NCBI GenBank assembly: GCA_958431815.1
Contig: CAUASB010000002.1
Location: 121,690 to 185,689, forward strand
Origin: an uncultured Eggerthella sp.
GTDB lineage: Bacteria > Actinomycetota > Coriobacteriia > Coriobacteriales > Eggerthellaceae
Direction: 5' to 3'
DNA length: 64,000 bases
The position numbers and the translations under genes are program-made. The notes below the pieces were generated by a model. The model saw only the letters and a list, made by a program, of their open reading frames with translations. It made no database searches and was not told where the DNA came from. This document shows positions 9,871-18,780 of the stretch, piece after piece (positions within the stretch are counted from its first letter, which is position 1; each line of letters starts with the position of its first letter).

Positions 9871-11094
9871 CTACGGATTGGGCTTTTGCTGCGAATGCCC
9901 ACCCAGCATTTTCTTGTCGATGAACAAAACCAGATATATCAGCAAAAGCCCCAGCAGCATTACCAAGTAGAAAAGCACATACAGGGGCATATCCGCCATA
10001 CCGTCGCTGTTTTCTGTTTCGTATATTGCCGCCAAGGGAGTGTTTCCAACGATCAAGGTAACAAGGGCAACGCCCACACAAGCCGCGGTGCGCACAGCAA
10101 TCCATCGTTTGCGTACATCACCGAATTCCCTCGAAAACGGGAGGAATAGGAACAAACTCAACAGGAAAACAGACACCCAAATAGCCATGAACGCCTGCCC
10201 CGACAAAGGCCCGATGGAAAGCCCTTCGTTCGTAATCTCAAACGCCGCCGTCATATTGCCAATACAGAAGGTAAGCCAAGCATTCACCGCAATGTAGGCA
10301 AACCCGTTTCCCAATTTGTCTTCATCAACAATGTTCTCTATCTGGTTCAAGTACACCAAGAACAAGCCCAGCGCCAAGAGCAGTAAAAATGCGGCATCAA
10401 GCAAGGAATAGCCCTCTTCATGGGAATTGCCGATGCCGATAACAACCTCGCCGAACGCCAGCACGATAAGAAGGGCGCAACGCTCCACCAAATGGCTGCG
10501 ATGGCTTTTGCCGATTTGTTTTTCAAGCCTGCTGGTAAACGAGGCGAAGCCAACCAGCACTGCCACCAGGCATAACACCTGAGCCGGTACGCTGGAGAAC
10601 GCGAACGAGAACAGCACCAACGCCGCTTGCACGGCAAGAAACACCACCACACGCTTGCCGAACTTTTCCAAAGCGGGATTTTCGCCTCGGGTCAGGTACA
10701 AGCGCAAGCACCAATGCACGATAAGGTTCACATCGATTAAAATCCACGAAACGTTGTACAGGGTGAACTGTTCCCACCCAGTGCTGATGGCATAGGCCAT
10801 GTTCATAAGCAAGAACATGTTTACCACCAGGCAAGCGATATCAAGTGCGCCGCCCGTACCGAAACGATTCATAAGCGTGGTGGTTTTGTACCACACCTGC
10901 AGCATTACCACATACGTGAACACAAACGTGTAATACGAGTACCACGAAACCTCGTCTTCGGCGCCGCTGATAGAAACCGGAATGATAGTGCGCATACAGA
11001 ACACGAACACCAAATCGAAGAACAGCTCGATGAAACATGCCTTATCGAGCGTGCCGAACGATGCGTTTTTATAGCGTGAAAGATAATTGTTCAT
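9871..11094 (-). CDS. LtrA-like (low temperature requirement A) multi-pass membrane protein
   Basis: ELFFDLVFVF motif and multiple TM helices. Track ORF runs to 11154; the internal ATG at 11094 is the likelier start. Confidence 0.55.
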   Translation of the reverse strand: MNNYLSRYKNASFGTLDKACFIELFFDLVFVFCMRTIIPVSISGAEDEVSWYSYYTFVFTYVVMLQVWYKTTTLMNRFGTGGALDIACLVVNMFLLMNMAYAISTGWEQFTLYNVSWILIDVNLIVHWCLRLYLTRGENPALEKFGKRVVVFLAVQAALVLFSFAFSSVPAQVLCLVAVLVGFASFTSRLEKQIGKSHRSHLVERCALLIVLAFGEVVIGIGNSHEEGYSLLDAAFLLLLALGLFLVYLNQIENIVDEDKLGNGFAYIAVNAWLTFCIGNMTAAFEITNEGLSIGPLSGQAFMAIWVSVFLLSLFLFLPFSREFGDVRKRWIAVRTAACVGVALVTLIVGNTPLAAIYETENSDGMADMPLYVLFYLVMLLGLLLIYLVLFIDKKMLGGHSQQKPNP

Positions 11095-11178
11095 GCCCGT
11101 ATTATACGAAGCTCTGGGGCAAGCCTCTCGAATTACCGCCTGGTATTTCGCCACCTGCTTTTGTTTTGCATCGCAGCC

Positions 11179-12381
11179 CTACCGTATTTGCATAACGAAA
11201 ATCTCGAACAGGGAAACGATGATGAGGAACGCGAAGTTGTACACCTCGAAACGCGCTATGAACTTGCCGTTGTTGCCCAAGCCCGACTTCTGATACTGGC
11301 GCAGCGTGATAAGCGTGGCCAACGAAGAAATGGGCGTACCAACTGCGCCTACATTGGTGCCCAGGGCAATACCCGCCCAGTCGTTGGAAAAATGGCTGAT
11401 CAGGATAGCGCTGGGAACGTTGCTGATAACCTGGCTGCTGATAAGCGAAGTGACGAATGCACCGCACGTAGCTAACACATCGGAAAACAGTTGGGAAATA
11501 GCGGGAATCTGGGCAATGTTGCCGCCGAAAATAAAGAAGCACACGAACGTCAGCACCAGGGCGTAGTCTGTTTTAGCAAACACGCGCCGGTCCGTTATGG
11601 CAAGCACCACCACAATGGCAACCATGCCCATAAGGTACGGCACCGCATCAACCGTCATGGCAATGCACAGCGCAAACAGCACCGTATAGATGGCAACACG
11701 AGGCTTGGAAAGGCGGATGCTTTCCGGTTTCTTGTAGTGGAATTCGGCTTTCTTCACGAAGCAGCAACGCACAAGGATAAGCGCAACCGAAAGGATGAGC
11801 GGCGGCGCCATGGTGGCCACGAAATCACCGAAATCAACGCCGAACACCGAGTACAGATACAGATTGTGCGGATTGCCGAAGGGCAGCAGCATGCCACCCA
11901 AGTTCGCGGTGAGAGTGATGACGATAAATGCAAACGGAATCTCCGCTTCCCTATTCACCGATTTCAGCAGCACCACGGCCAAAGGAAGCACCGTAACCAG
12001 CGTCATATCGTTCGAAAGAACCATGGAACAGCACAGCGTTACCAACACCAATGCAATTACCAACGCCCGTGTGCTGTTCACATGTTCCACCAGGGAATGC
12101 GCCACATATTCAAGCAAACCGGAAGAATCGATGGCGGCAATAACCGCCAAGATGCTGAACAGGCAGGCAAGCGTATGCCAATTGAAGTAGCTTAGGTACT
12201 CCGCAGAAGGCGGCACGAAGAACATGGTCACCAACGCCGCCAGGGCTGAAATCACCAGCAAGGGGTTGTGCGCCAAAGCGCGTTCGGCGGCACGTTCGGC
12301 CGAGCGCGCACGCATCCCCGCAAGGTGAATGCCGTGATGCTTTACGTCCAAATCATCAATATGTTCGCTTAAAAGCTTCAT
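11179..12381 (-). CDS. ArsB/NhaD (CitMHS-like) anion permease
   Basis: 400-aa polytopic membrane protein with the internal repeat architecture typical of citrate/arsenite permeases. The ATG sits 6 nt downstream of a TAGAAT -10 box, so possibly leaderless. Confidence 0.6.
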   Translation of the reverse strand: MKLLSEHIDDLDVKHHGIHLAGMRARSAERAAERALAHNPLLVISALAALVTMFFVPPSAEYLSYFNWHTLACLFSILAVIAAIDSSGLLEYVAHSLVEHVNSTRALVIALVLVTLCCSMVLSNDMTLVTVLPLAVVLLKSVNREAEIPFAFIVITLTANLGGMLLPFGNPHNLYLYSVFGVDFGDFVATMAPPLILSVALILVRCCFVKKAEFHYKKPESIRLSKPRVAIYTVLFALCIAMTVDAVPYLMGMVAIVVVLAITDRRVFAKTDYALVLTFVCFFIFGGNIAQIPAISQLFSDVLATCGAFVTSLISSQVISNVPSAILISHFSNDWAGIALGTNVGAVGTPISSLATLITLRQYQKSGLGNNGKFIARFEVYNFAFLIIVSLFEIFVMQIR

Positions 12382-12542
12382 GGGTCCATTCTACGCCTGC
12401 ATATTCCTGAAGCGCGAATTCACTCGAAGCATTTTTGCGGCTTGATATGGCGTTATGCCCAGTTGCAGCTCAATTTGTAGCGTAGAATCCCCCTATGGCG
12501 TTTCGCCTTTCCGGGCGGCATCTTCGAAGAGAGGTGCGGCTT

Positions 12543-12620
12543 ATGGACCAAGAAACCGTGATTGTGCTTTGCGCGATATTCACCGTGATGATTGGGATCA
12601 TCGAGCTTACCCGGAAATAG
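12543..12620 (+). CDS. 25-aa hydrophobic peptide MDQETVIVLCAIFTVMIGIIELTRK (copy 1)
   Basis: Own -10 TAGAAT (12483-12488) and GAGAGGTG SD. Versus copy 2 there are 8 synonymous and 3 conservative substitutions, which argues that the plus strand is the coding strand. Confidence 0.7.
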   Translation: MDQETVIVLCAIFTVMIGIIELTRK

Positions 12621-12629
12621 GAGAACGGT

Positions 12630-12722
12630 ATTGGAGTATAAGAAGAGCCGGGCAAACCCTCTACAGTAACCCGGCTCCTTAGAACAACGATGCCGCCCGG
12701 CCTGGCGGGACGTCATCTTCTG
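12630..12722 (-). ncRNA. Putative convergent antisense sRNA over the peptide 3' UTR (copy 1)
   Basis: Minus-strand TATACT -10 (plus 12729-12734) sits 5 nt outside the conserved block. Minus-strand hairpin GAGCCGGG..CCCGGCUC (plus 12645-12677) is followed by UUCUUAUACU. Confidence 0.45.
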
Positions 12723-12825
12723 CTTGCAAGTATAGCAGAGGCGCTCCATCGAATAGGGCCCTACGCCAAATGAAGGATAGGATAAGAACGACAAACGCCT
12801 TCCAACCGTTCGCCGCAAAGAAGCC

Positions 12826-13161
12826 CTACGCGTAAAGCACCGTATACAACAGCAACGCAAAAACGAAAGCGGAAACACACTTGGTGAAAGTGATTAAGTC
12901 CCGATTCGTTTCACGGTTATGGCTATCGGCATACCAATTGCCAACAACGCGCGACTTGGCATCGCTCACCGTACTTCCCATCAGGTATTTGGCAAGCTGA
13001 AACAGCCCAAATACCACCAAGCCAAGAATCAAAAGAAATCCCACCGCAACCGTCCCCTTCCGTAGTGTGTTTATGCATTGTTTGGACAATGCACACCATA
13101 CGGAATTGAAACGCTTTCGGTGTACAAGAAAGTTCCCAGTTGCTTCGAATAACCTTTGCAC
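12826..13161 (-). CDS. Small hypothetical two-TM membrane protein (true start probably downstream of 13161)
   Basis: Two hydrophobic helices (VAVGFLLILGLVVFGLFQLA and CVSAFVFALLLYTVLYA). The N-terminal 25 codons overlap a perfect palindrome. Confidence 0.4.
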   Translation of the reverse strand: MQRLFEATGNFLVHRKRFNSVWCALSKQCINTLRKGTVAVGFLLILGLVVFGLFQLAKYLMGSTVSDAKSRVVGNWYADSHNRETNRDLITFTKCVSAFVFALLLYTVLYA

Positions 13162-13303
13162 TTAGCGCATCGGTTGATTCATTAGCGGCAGGAAGCGTCA
13201 GCAGCTAAACGCTGAGCCTCAATACGATGCCGAACTCTGCAGCCGCTTCACCATCTTGAACTGCTGTAAATTATTCGGAGACTCAGCCTCAAGGCAGCTG
13301 CGC

Positions 13304-14125
13304 TCAAAGCTTCAGCGCATGCTTCGGGCACGCATCAACGCAGCTCAGGCACAGGATGCATTCGGTGCCCCGTTCACGGTTTCGCGCGTTGTTGGTCATA
13401 TCCACATCCATAGGACACGCACGCTTGCAAGCGCCGCACTTAACGCAAAGGCTGTGATCGCATTTGATCCTTAGAAGCGAAACGTGTGCGGCAGGCTTCA
13501 TGAGTAGGCCCACAGGGCAAAGATACTTGCAGAACGCCCGATTATCCCAAAGCGCGAAGGCAAGCGAAATGCCCACCATGTAGTACAGAACATTTCCGAT
13601 AACGAAGGCCGCAAAAAGCGTTTGCTCCCTGTTTTCGGCAAACAACAAAATCAGCGCGGCTATTGCTATCGAAGCAGCAAGGAAAACGAACCTCATCCAT
13701 TCCCATTTCGGACGCTTCTTCTGCCTTGCTTTGAACGGCAGAAGGTCCAGCACCATTGCTGTCCAGCAGGCGTACCCGCAAAAACCACGGCCGAACAGTA
13801 CCGGCCCGGCAATCTTCGCAACAAGGTAGTGAATGGTTGGCCCCGAAAACACGCCCAGGGCAAGGTAACACCAAAAACCTTCTATCTGCATGTTTTCGCC
13901 TTCGTAGAGGCCAAGAAAGCCAAGCAGGTAAAGGCCCACGGCGAATTGGACGAAACGCCGCGCATGCTTCCACTTTGCCGAATACAGCGCAAGACCAACA
14001 GCGATGCAAGTACCGATGTAGCTGAAGTTGAACAGATAGAAGATATTGCCAAGGCCCAGCCACAAGCCAACAGCAACAGCCTCAAAAATCAGCCAGATTA
14101 AGAGCGGAATGCGATATTGAGCCAT
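13304..14125 (-). CDS. Membrane polyferredoxin-like 4Fe-4S protein (NapH/MauN-like family)
   Basis: Several TM helices plus two C-terminal CxxCxxCxxxCP clusters. ATG at 14123-14125 with a GAAAGG SD; the track ORF begins at a TTG at 14185. Confidence 0.6.
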   Translation of the reverse strand: MAQYRIPLLIWLIFEAVAVGLWLGLGNIFYLFNFSYIGTCIAVGLALYSAKWKHARRFVQFAVGLYLLGFLGLYEGENMQIEGFWCYLALGVFSGPTIHYLVAKIAGPVLFGRGFCGYACWTAMVLDLLPFKARQKKRPKWEWMRFVFLAASIAIAALILLFAENREQTLFAAFVIGNVLYYMVGISLAFALWDNRAFCKYLCPVGLLMKPAAHVSLLRIKCDHSLCVKCGACKRACPMDVDMTNNARNRERGTECILCLSCVDACPKHALKL

Positions 14126-14268
14126 GAAGATCCCGCCTTTCCATGCACTCGACGCATTTTTGCGGTCTGATATGGGGTTATGCAAACAATCATATCAGCA
14201 GATAGGATAGAATCCACCTATGGCGTTTCGCCTTTCCGGGCGGCATCTTCGAAAAGGAGGTGCATGCG

Positions 14269-14346
14269 ATGGACCAAGAAACCGTAATTGCGCTCTGCGC
14301 GATTTTTACCGTTGTTATTGGAATCGTCGAACTAACCCGGAAATAA
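14269..14346 (+). CDS. 25-aa hydrophobic peptide MDQETVIALCAIFTVVIGIVELTRK (copy 2)
   Basis: AGGAGG SD 7 nt upstream and TAGAAT -10 at 14208-14213. Paralog of 12543..12620. Confidence 0.7.
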   Translation: MDQETVIALCAIFTVVIGIVELTRK

Positions 14347-14367
14347 GGAGAACGGTGTCGGAACATA

Positions 14368-14450
14368 AAGCGAGCCAGGCTCACCCTAGAAAAGTAACCT
14401 GGCTCCTTTAAGCAACGATGCCGCCCGGCCTGGCGGGACGTCATCTTCTG
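14368..14450 (-). ncRNA. Putative convergent antisense sRNA (copy 2)
   Basis: Minus-strand extended -10 TGATATAAT (plus 14457-14462). Hairpin 14372-14405 carries a compensatory G:C to A:U change relative to copy 1. Confidence 0.45.
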
Positions 14451-14546
14451 CTGAAGATTATATCAGAAGAAAACCTACCTATAAAACGTGCGCTGCGGCT
14501 TCGTGGCATGGCTTTGCTTCATGTTTAAACGTCAGCTGACTAACGG

Positions 14547-15431
14547 CTATTCCTCTGGGAACAGCTCGTCTAGAATCTCTTGCGTCGGCATCTTAGCGCC
14601 ATACCAAATCTCCTCGCCGCTCGCAGCTTGCTCGATCATCATGCCAATGCCGCCAATAACCTTGCAGCCCTTCGCCTTAGCATCTTTGAGAATCTGGGTC
14701 GTGCGCGGATGATAGACGGTATCGGCCACAACCATGCCCTCTTTAATCAGCTCGGCAGGCACAGAAGTCTGGCCGGCGCTATCCCCCATACCAACAGGAG
14801 TGGCGTTGATAAGGATGTCAGACTCAGCAATGGCCTCCTTCATTTCTTCCTTGTTCTCAAACGCATGAAGAATCATCTCGGCACCCGTCTTTTCCTGAAC
14901 ACGAGGAAGAAGGATGGTCGAACGCATATAAGAAGGACCACCTTCACGCGCAAACACATGTACCCTCTTGGCGCCATCCAGCGCAGCCTGAACAAGAACC
15001 GCAGAACCCGCGCCACCAGGGCCGACCACCGTGATGGTTTTATCCTCTATTTTCTCGCCATGGTTGCGAATGTTCTGCATCATGCCCGTGCCGTCGGTAT
15101 TATGGCCGATAATCCTGCCGTCCTCTTCCTTCTTTAAAACATTTACGGCGCCCATAAGCTCTGCGCTGTCGGAAAGCCCATCAAGCAAAGGGATAATCGC
15201 CTGCTTGCACGGCATGGTAACGTTGCTCCCGTCCCAGCCATCCATGCGCTTCATAGCAGCAATGATGCTGGGCAGATCGTCCCGTTGCACATCGAACACG
15301 ACGTAAACCGAGTCGACTCCCAGCTTTTCGAAGGAAAGGTTGTGAGTAGCCGGCGACATCGAATGACGAATCGGGCTGCCCAACAGGCTAATAAGGTGAG
15401 TGTGTCCGCTGATTTTGGTTTTCTCTGACAT
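14547..15431 (-). CDS. aroE: Shikimate dehydrogenase
   Basis: SLLGSPIRHSMSP and the NADP-binding GPGGAGSA motif. Confidence 0.85.
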   Translation of the reverse strand: MSEKTKISGHTHLISLLGSPIRHSMSPATHNLSFEKLGVDSVYVVFDVQRDDLPSIIAAMKRMDGWDGSNVTMPCKQAIIPLLDGLSDSAELMGAVNVLKKEEDGRIIGHNTDGTGMMQNIRNHGEKIEDKTITVVGPGGAGSAVLVQAALDGAKRVHVFAREGGPSYMRSTILLPRVQEKTGAEMILHAFENKEEMKEAIAESDILINATPVGMGDSAGQTSVPAELIKEGMVVADTVYHPRTTQILKDAKAKGCKVIGGIGMMIEQAASGEEIWYGAKMPTQEILDELFPEE

Positions 15432-15491
15432 AATTACTCCCTCTTTCCCCTCTGCGCCTTGCTTAAGCTAAGGCACAGAAACTCGCTTTAT

Positions 15492-16259
15492 CTATGCAAA
15501 CACCTCGTGCAATCCATCCATGATGCGAATAGCCTGCTTCACCTGGACCTGACCAGGCGCAGAGGCTTCTTCCAACGAGCAGAACGTAAGCGCGGAACCG
15601 AAAAGTTCGCCTGCAAGACGAGTGATGCTTCCCTCGCGGCCCATTGCCATGGTCAGCAAAGGTTTGTCGCTATGAATGCGAGACACTTCCTCAGTTGCGG
15701 CCAAAAGCTTCAGTGCGTCTTGGGCACCATGCGCCATAGTTGCGATTTTGGGAATATCGGCGCCCAGATCAACCATATGAGTAAGGAGGTTTACCATCCA
15801 TTCAACGGAAGGCGTTCCTGCGAAGTTGTGATAAGAAACCACCGTTTTGACGTTGTGCTCTTTTGCGCACGCAACAAGCTCAAGAACAGCTGCATCGCCG
15901 ATCCAGGTTTCGATATCAACAAGATCTACCGCTTCGGCTTCGATAATCGACTTGTTAAGCGCGCCGTATTCTTTCACCGGGATGGTAAGACGACCGCCCT
16001 GACTCGTTGAACGGAACGTGAAAAGAAGGGGGCTATTGGGAAGCGCCTTGCCAATTTCCATGGAATGCTCTGCCATCTTTTGCGGATCGTGCACATCTGC
16101 CGCAAAATCACCACGCCACTCGAAGCACTCAACGCCAGAGGCGATGCCCTTTTCGATTAGCTCAATGTTTTCAGCAACGTGAGCGCCCATAAGAGAAATA
16201 ATCGTTTTTGGGCGGCCTTCACCAAGTTTTACCCCTTTAATATCAAGCGCCTGAACCAT
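15492..16259 (-). CDS. aroD: 3-dehydroquinate dehydratase type I (start at MVQALD; the track ORF extends to 16439)
   Basis: Type I DHQase fold over about 255 aa, including the Schiff-base-lysine region. Confidence 0.8.
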   Translation of the reverse strand: MVQALDIKGVKLGEGRPKTIISLMGAHVAENIELIEKGIASGVECFEWRGDFAADVHDPQKMAEHSMEIGKALPNSPLLFTFRSTSQGGRLTIPVKEYGALNKSIIEAEAVDLVDIETWIGDAAVLELVACAKEHNVKTVVSYHNFAGTPSVEWMVNLLTHMVDLGADIPKIATMAHGAQDALKLLAATEEVSRIHSDKPLLTMAMGREGSITRLAGELFGSALTFCSLEEASAPGQVQVKQAIRIMDGLHEVFA

Positions 16260-16475
16260 ATTTCCTCCCAAAACCAAAGCCCTACGGCTTAAAGATTTTC
16301 CTATCAGCAATTCGTATACTAACGTTTTATTGACCAGCGGATTAGATGGTTTAGGCATCCGCTTCATTGCTTTTGAGGAATGATTCCTGAGTTTGCGCAG
16401 ATTCGACCGTCGCTCAATTTGGCGCTTCGCAAAAGGCAAAGAAATCCATCCGTTCTTGGAGGGTGTTCGGCGCTC

Positions 16476-16828
16476 TTAAAAAAGACAGCTTTCGATGATG
16501 CCCCTACCCCTTAGCTGCTCAATCCACTCTTTTGGTATCGCACCGTATCCATATTTGATGCCCGCCAAGCCACCGGCCACGCAAGCAGTGGTGTCGGTAT
16601 CGGAGCCCAGGTTAACAGCAAGAAGCACACAATCCTTGTAACTGTCCGTCTTTTCTAAGCACCAAAAGGCAGCGCCCAACGTATCCAGCACGTACCCGCC
16701 GGCTGGTCGTGCGAGCCATGGCCGACCATTTCCGTTGCATGAAATGAGCCTCGACCCATGAACTCGTAAGGAACGCCGAGCGCGTCACCAACCGCAGCCC
16801 CGTAAACCGCATCTTTCAAAGTAGCCAT
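16476..16828 (-). pseudogene. ADP-ribosylglycohydrolase remnant
   Basis: N-terminal 48 aa MATLKDAVYGAAVGDALGVPYEF..GHGSHDQPAGTCW, then stop. C-terminal about 70 aa ..VLDTLGAAFWCLEKTDSYKDCVLLAVNLGSDTDTTACVAGGLAGIKYGYGAIPKEW. The two frames overlap at about 16686-16700, consistent with an out-of-frame deletion of roughly 170 aa. Confidence 0.75.
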
Positions 16829-17151
16829 GATTCCTCTTTTTGTTTCTTTCCTCTTCTTTCGTTACGGACTTTGAAATAGGCGGGTTCGCCATCTTCTTCG
16901 TCCAGTCCCTCGTCTAGCTCGGGAAAACCTCTTTTCGACGTTGCCAATGAAGCTAACGTCAAGAAAGCATTTCCCTTCGCTCGGAAGGCGTCCGATAGCG
17001 GCGATTTTATGGAAATCGAAGAATTATTTACCGTTCAAAAAGACGGAACCATTAGGAGAATCAGAAGATGGGAAGCTTCCTTCATCTGTGAGCTAGCCTA
17101 GAAAAACCCCTTCTAGACTTATATCAAACCAACGGGCAAGCGGCAGAGCAG

Positions 17152-17712
17152 GTTTGATTACCAGTCAGTTCGACACTGCTCCAAAACTGTGAAGGCGGTT
17201 TGAACCATCGGCGCTAGGTTTGATTACCAGTCAGTTCGACACTGCTCCAAAACTAGCAACGGGAAGGCGGAAGGAGCTTTCCGTTTGATTACCAGTCAGT
17301 TCGACACTGCTCCAAAACTCGAATGCAGCTTCTAAATCCCAGTAGCCTGTTTGATTACCAGTCAGTTCGACACTGCTCCAAAACGACACCGATTCAATCC
17401 ATTTTATCGGCAGGTTTGATTACCAGTCAGTTCGACACTGCTCCAAAACCGAATGGCATAGCCGAATTTCATAAAGTAGTTTGATTACCAGTCAGTTCGA
17501 CACTGCTCCAAAACTCATGCCGTTTGACAGATTAAAGCCGTCGCGTTTGATTACCAGTCAGTTCGACACTGCTCCAAAACGCTTCTGCATACGTCTTTGC
17601 TCGTAGGCAAGTTTGATTACCAGTCAGTTCGACACTGCTCCAAAACGCCGAGAGGATCCCGTTCGCGCCGATCGACGTTTGATTACCAGTCAGTTCGACA
17701 CTGCTCCAAAAC
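17152..17712 (-). CRISPR. CRISPR array: 9 identical 36-nt repeats (plus strand GTTTGATTACCAGTCAGTTCGACACTGCTCCAAAAC) and 8 spacers of 29-30 nt
   Basis: Repeats start at 17152, 17218, 17283, 17349, 17414, 17479, 17545, 17611 and 17677. The crRNA-sense repeat (minus strand) is GTTTTGGAGCAGTGTCGAACTGACTGGTAATCAAAC, typical for type II-A. The leader is next to csn2. Confidence 0.95.
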
Positions 17713-17767
17713 CGTTGGGGCAAAATCCCTTCTGCATAGGGACGGCCAAACTAGACTGGCAAACTTA
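17713..17767 (-). promoter_or_regulatory. CRISPR leader and promoter region (minus-strand TTGATA overlapping the csn2 stop)
   Basis: Position between the csn2 stop and the first repeat. Confidence 0.4.
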
Positions 17768-18448
17768 TCAATATTCAAGAAAGTCCAGGTCAATTACTTG
17801 TTTTCTCTCATACTGATAAGATTCAGCATCGTGCTTATTTTCCAGCATAAGCACCTTGGTTTTCGTATAAAAAATGTGCTCGTAAAGCCTTTTTAGCTCG
17901 TTTTTCGTCAAAAAAGTTTTGAGATTCACAAACAACAAGACCTTACTACACTTTGCGTCAAGAGCTAAAGAAAGAAACGATATCAGGCTATCAATGAGCT
18001 TTTCTTCGGGCATCGCATCGACCCCGAAACCCAGCATTTTCAAGCACTTGGGCAAATTCCATTCTATTCCAAAAGCATAGTCAGCAGATAGTCCACCGCT
18101 CAGTTCCATCAACCTGGAAGCAAAAACTTGCTCTACCTTTTCAAGGCCCATCCTCGTATCTTCATCGTCGATAAGGTCCTTTTCGATACGCTTAACGACC
18201 TCACCCAAAAGAGATCGATCATCCCACGGCAGATTGAAAACATCAGGGACAAAAAGGAAAGAACCTTTCGGCGATACTTCTTCCTCATTTTCCCAGAGAG
18301 AATATGCCTCTTTGGCATATCTCCCCTCTTGGGAAACGAGAGAACCCACTAATCTAGAAAACAAAGCCTGGTTTTCAACCTGAAAAACAGAAGGGAAACC
18401 AGAATCAATCTCTAGAGCCTGTTCTAGCCCTTCAAATACGAGCTTCAT
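17768..18448 (-). CDS. csn2: Csn2 (short form, type II-A)
   Basis: 226 aa. KVLLFVNLKTFLTKNELKRLYEHIFYTKTKVLMLE resembles the Streptococcus pyogenes Csn2 C-terminal region. Sits downstream of cas2. Confidence 0.8.
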   Translation of the reverse strand: MKLVFEGLEQALEIDSGFPSVFQVENQALFSRLVGSLVSQEGRYAKEAYSLWENEEEVSPKGSFLFVPDVFNLPWDDRSLLGEVVKRIEKDLIDDEDTRMGLEKVEQVFASRLMELSGGLSADYAFGIEWNLPKCLKMLGFGVDAMPEEKLIDSLISFLSLALDAKCSKVLLFVNLKTFLTKNELKRLYEHIFYTKTKVLMLENKHDAESYQYERKQVIDLDFLEY

Positions 18449-18780
18449 AGGATCAGTAATTCTTCCATAGTGTCAACCTCGTCATATGCAGGGCGACTTC
18501 CCGTGATGAACTCCATAGTGGCATATGCTGCTTCGGAAACCTTCAAAACTTGAACAAGACCAGCAGGAGGTTTGTTCTTCCTCAATCTTCCTATAGCCGC
18601 ACCCGCCGCACCTTCATTAACCACGAGCTTTGCGTAAACGGATTCCTGCAGTTGAAGGTACCCATCCTTCAACAAGAACTTACGAAAAAGCCGATAATCT
18701 TTTCGCTGCTTAGCAGTTTTTACCGGCAAATCGAAAAATACCATTAACCTCATGTAGCGAATCCGATCTGAACCACTCAT
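18445..18780 (-). CDS. cas2: Cas2
   Basis: 111 aa; MRLMVFFDLPVKTAKQRKDYRLFRKFLLKDGYLQLQESVY. Confidence 0.85.
   Translation of the reverse strand: MSGSDRIRYMRLMVFFDLPVKTAKQRKDYRLFRKFLLKDGYLQLQESVYAKLVVNEGAAGAAIGRLRKNKPPAGLVQVLKVSEAAYATMEFITGSRPAYDEVDTMEELLIL

Larger units (their letters stand above)
12421..12724. repeat. Copy 1 of a roughly 305-bp duplicated module (about 85% identical to 14146..14452)
   Basis: Direct alignment of the two regions. Conserved blocks are separated by a diverged 24-nt segment. Confidence 0.9.
14146..14452. repeat. Copy 2 of the duplicated module
   Basis: Aligned with 12421..12724. Confidence 0.9.

Noticed and set aside
12382-14546. Duplicated element as a riboswitch or 5' leader of the minus-strand transporter and polyferredoxin genes, or a minus-strand small ORF (track ORFs 12470..12655 and 14190..14444)
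   Set aside because: Between the two copies, substitutions that are synonymous on the plus strand are non-conservative on the minus strand. The transporter ATG is only 6 nt from a -10 box and is likely leaderless. The minus-strand signals fit an antisense RNA rather than a leader.
17532-17896. Track ORFs 17532..17723(-), 17597..17896(+), 17613..17816(+)
   Set aside because: They lie inside the CRISPR array. Their peptides are repetitive translations of the repeat (..SVELTGNQT.. and ..FDYQSVRHCSKT..). Not genes.
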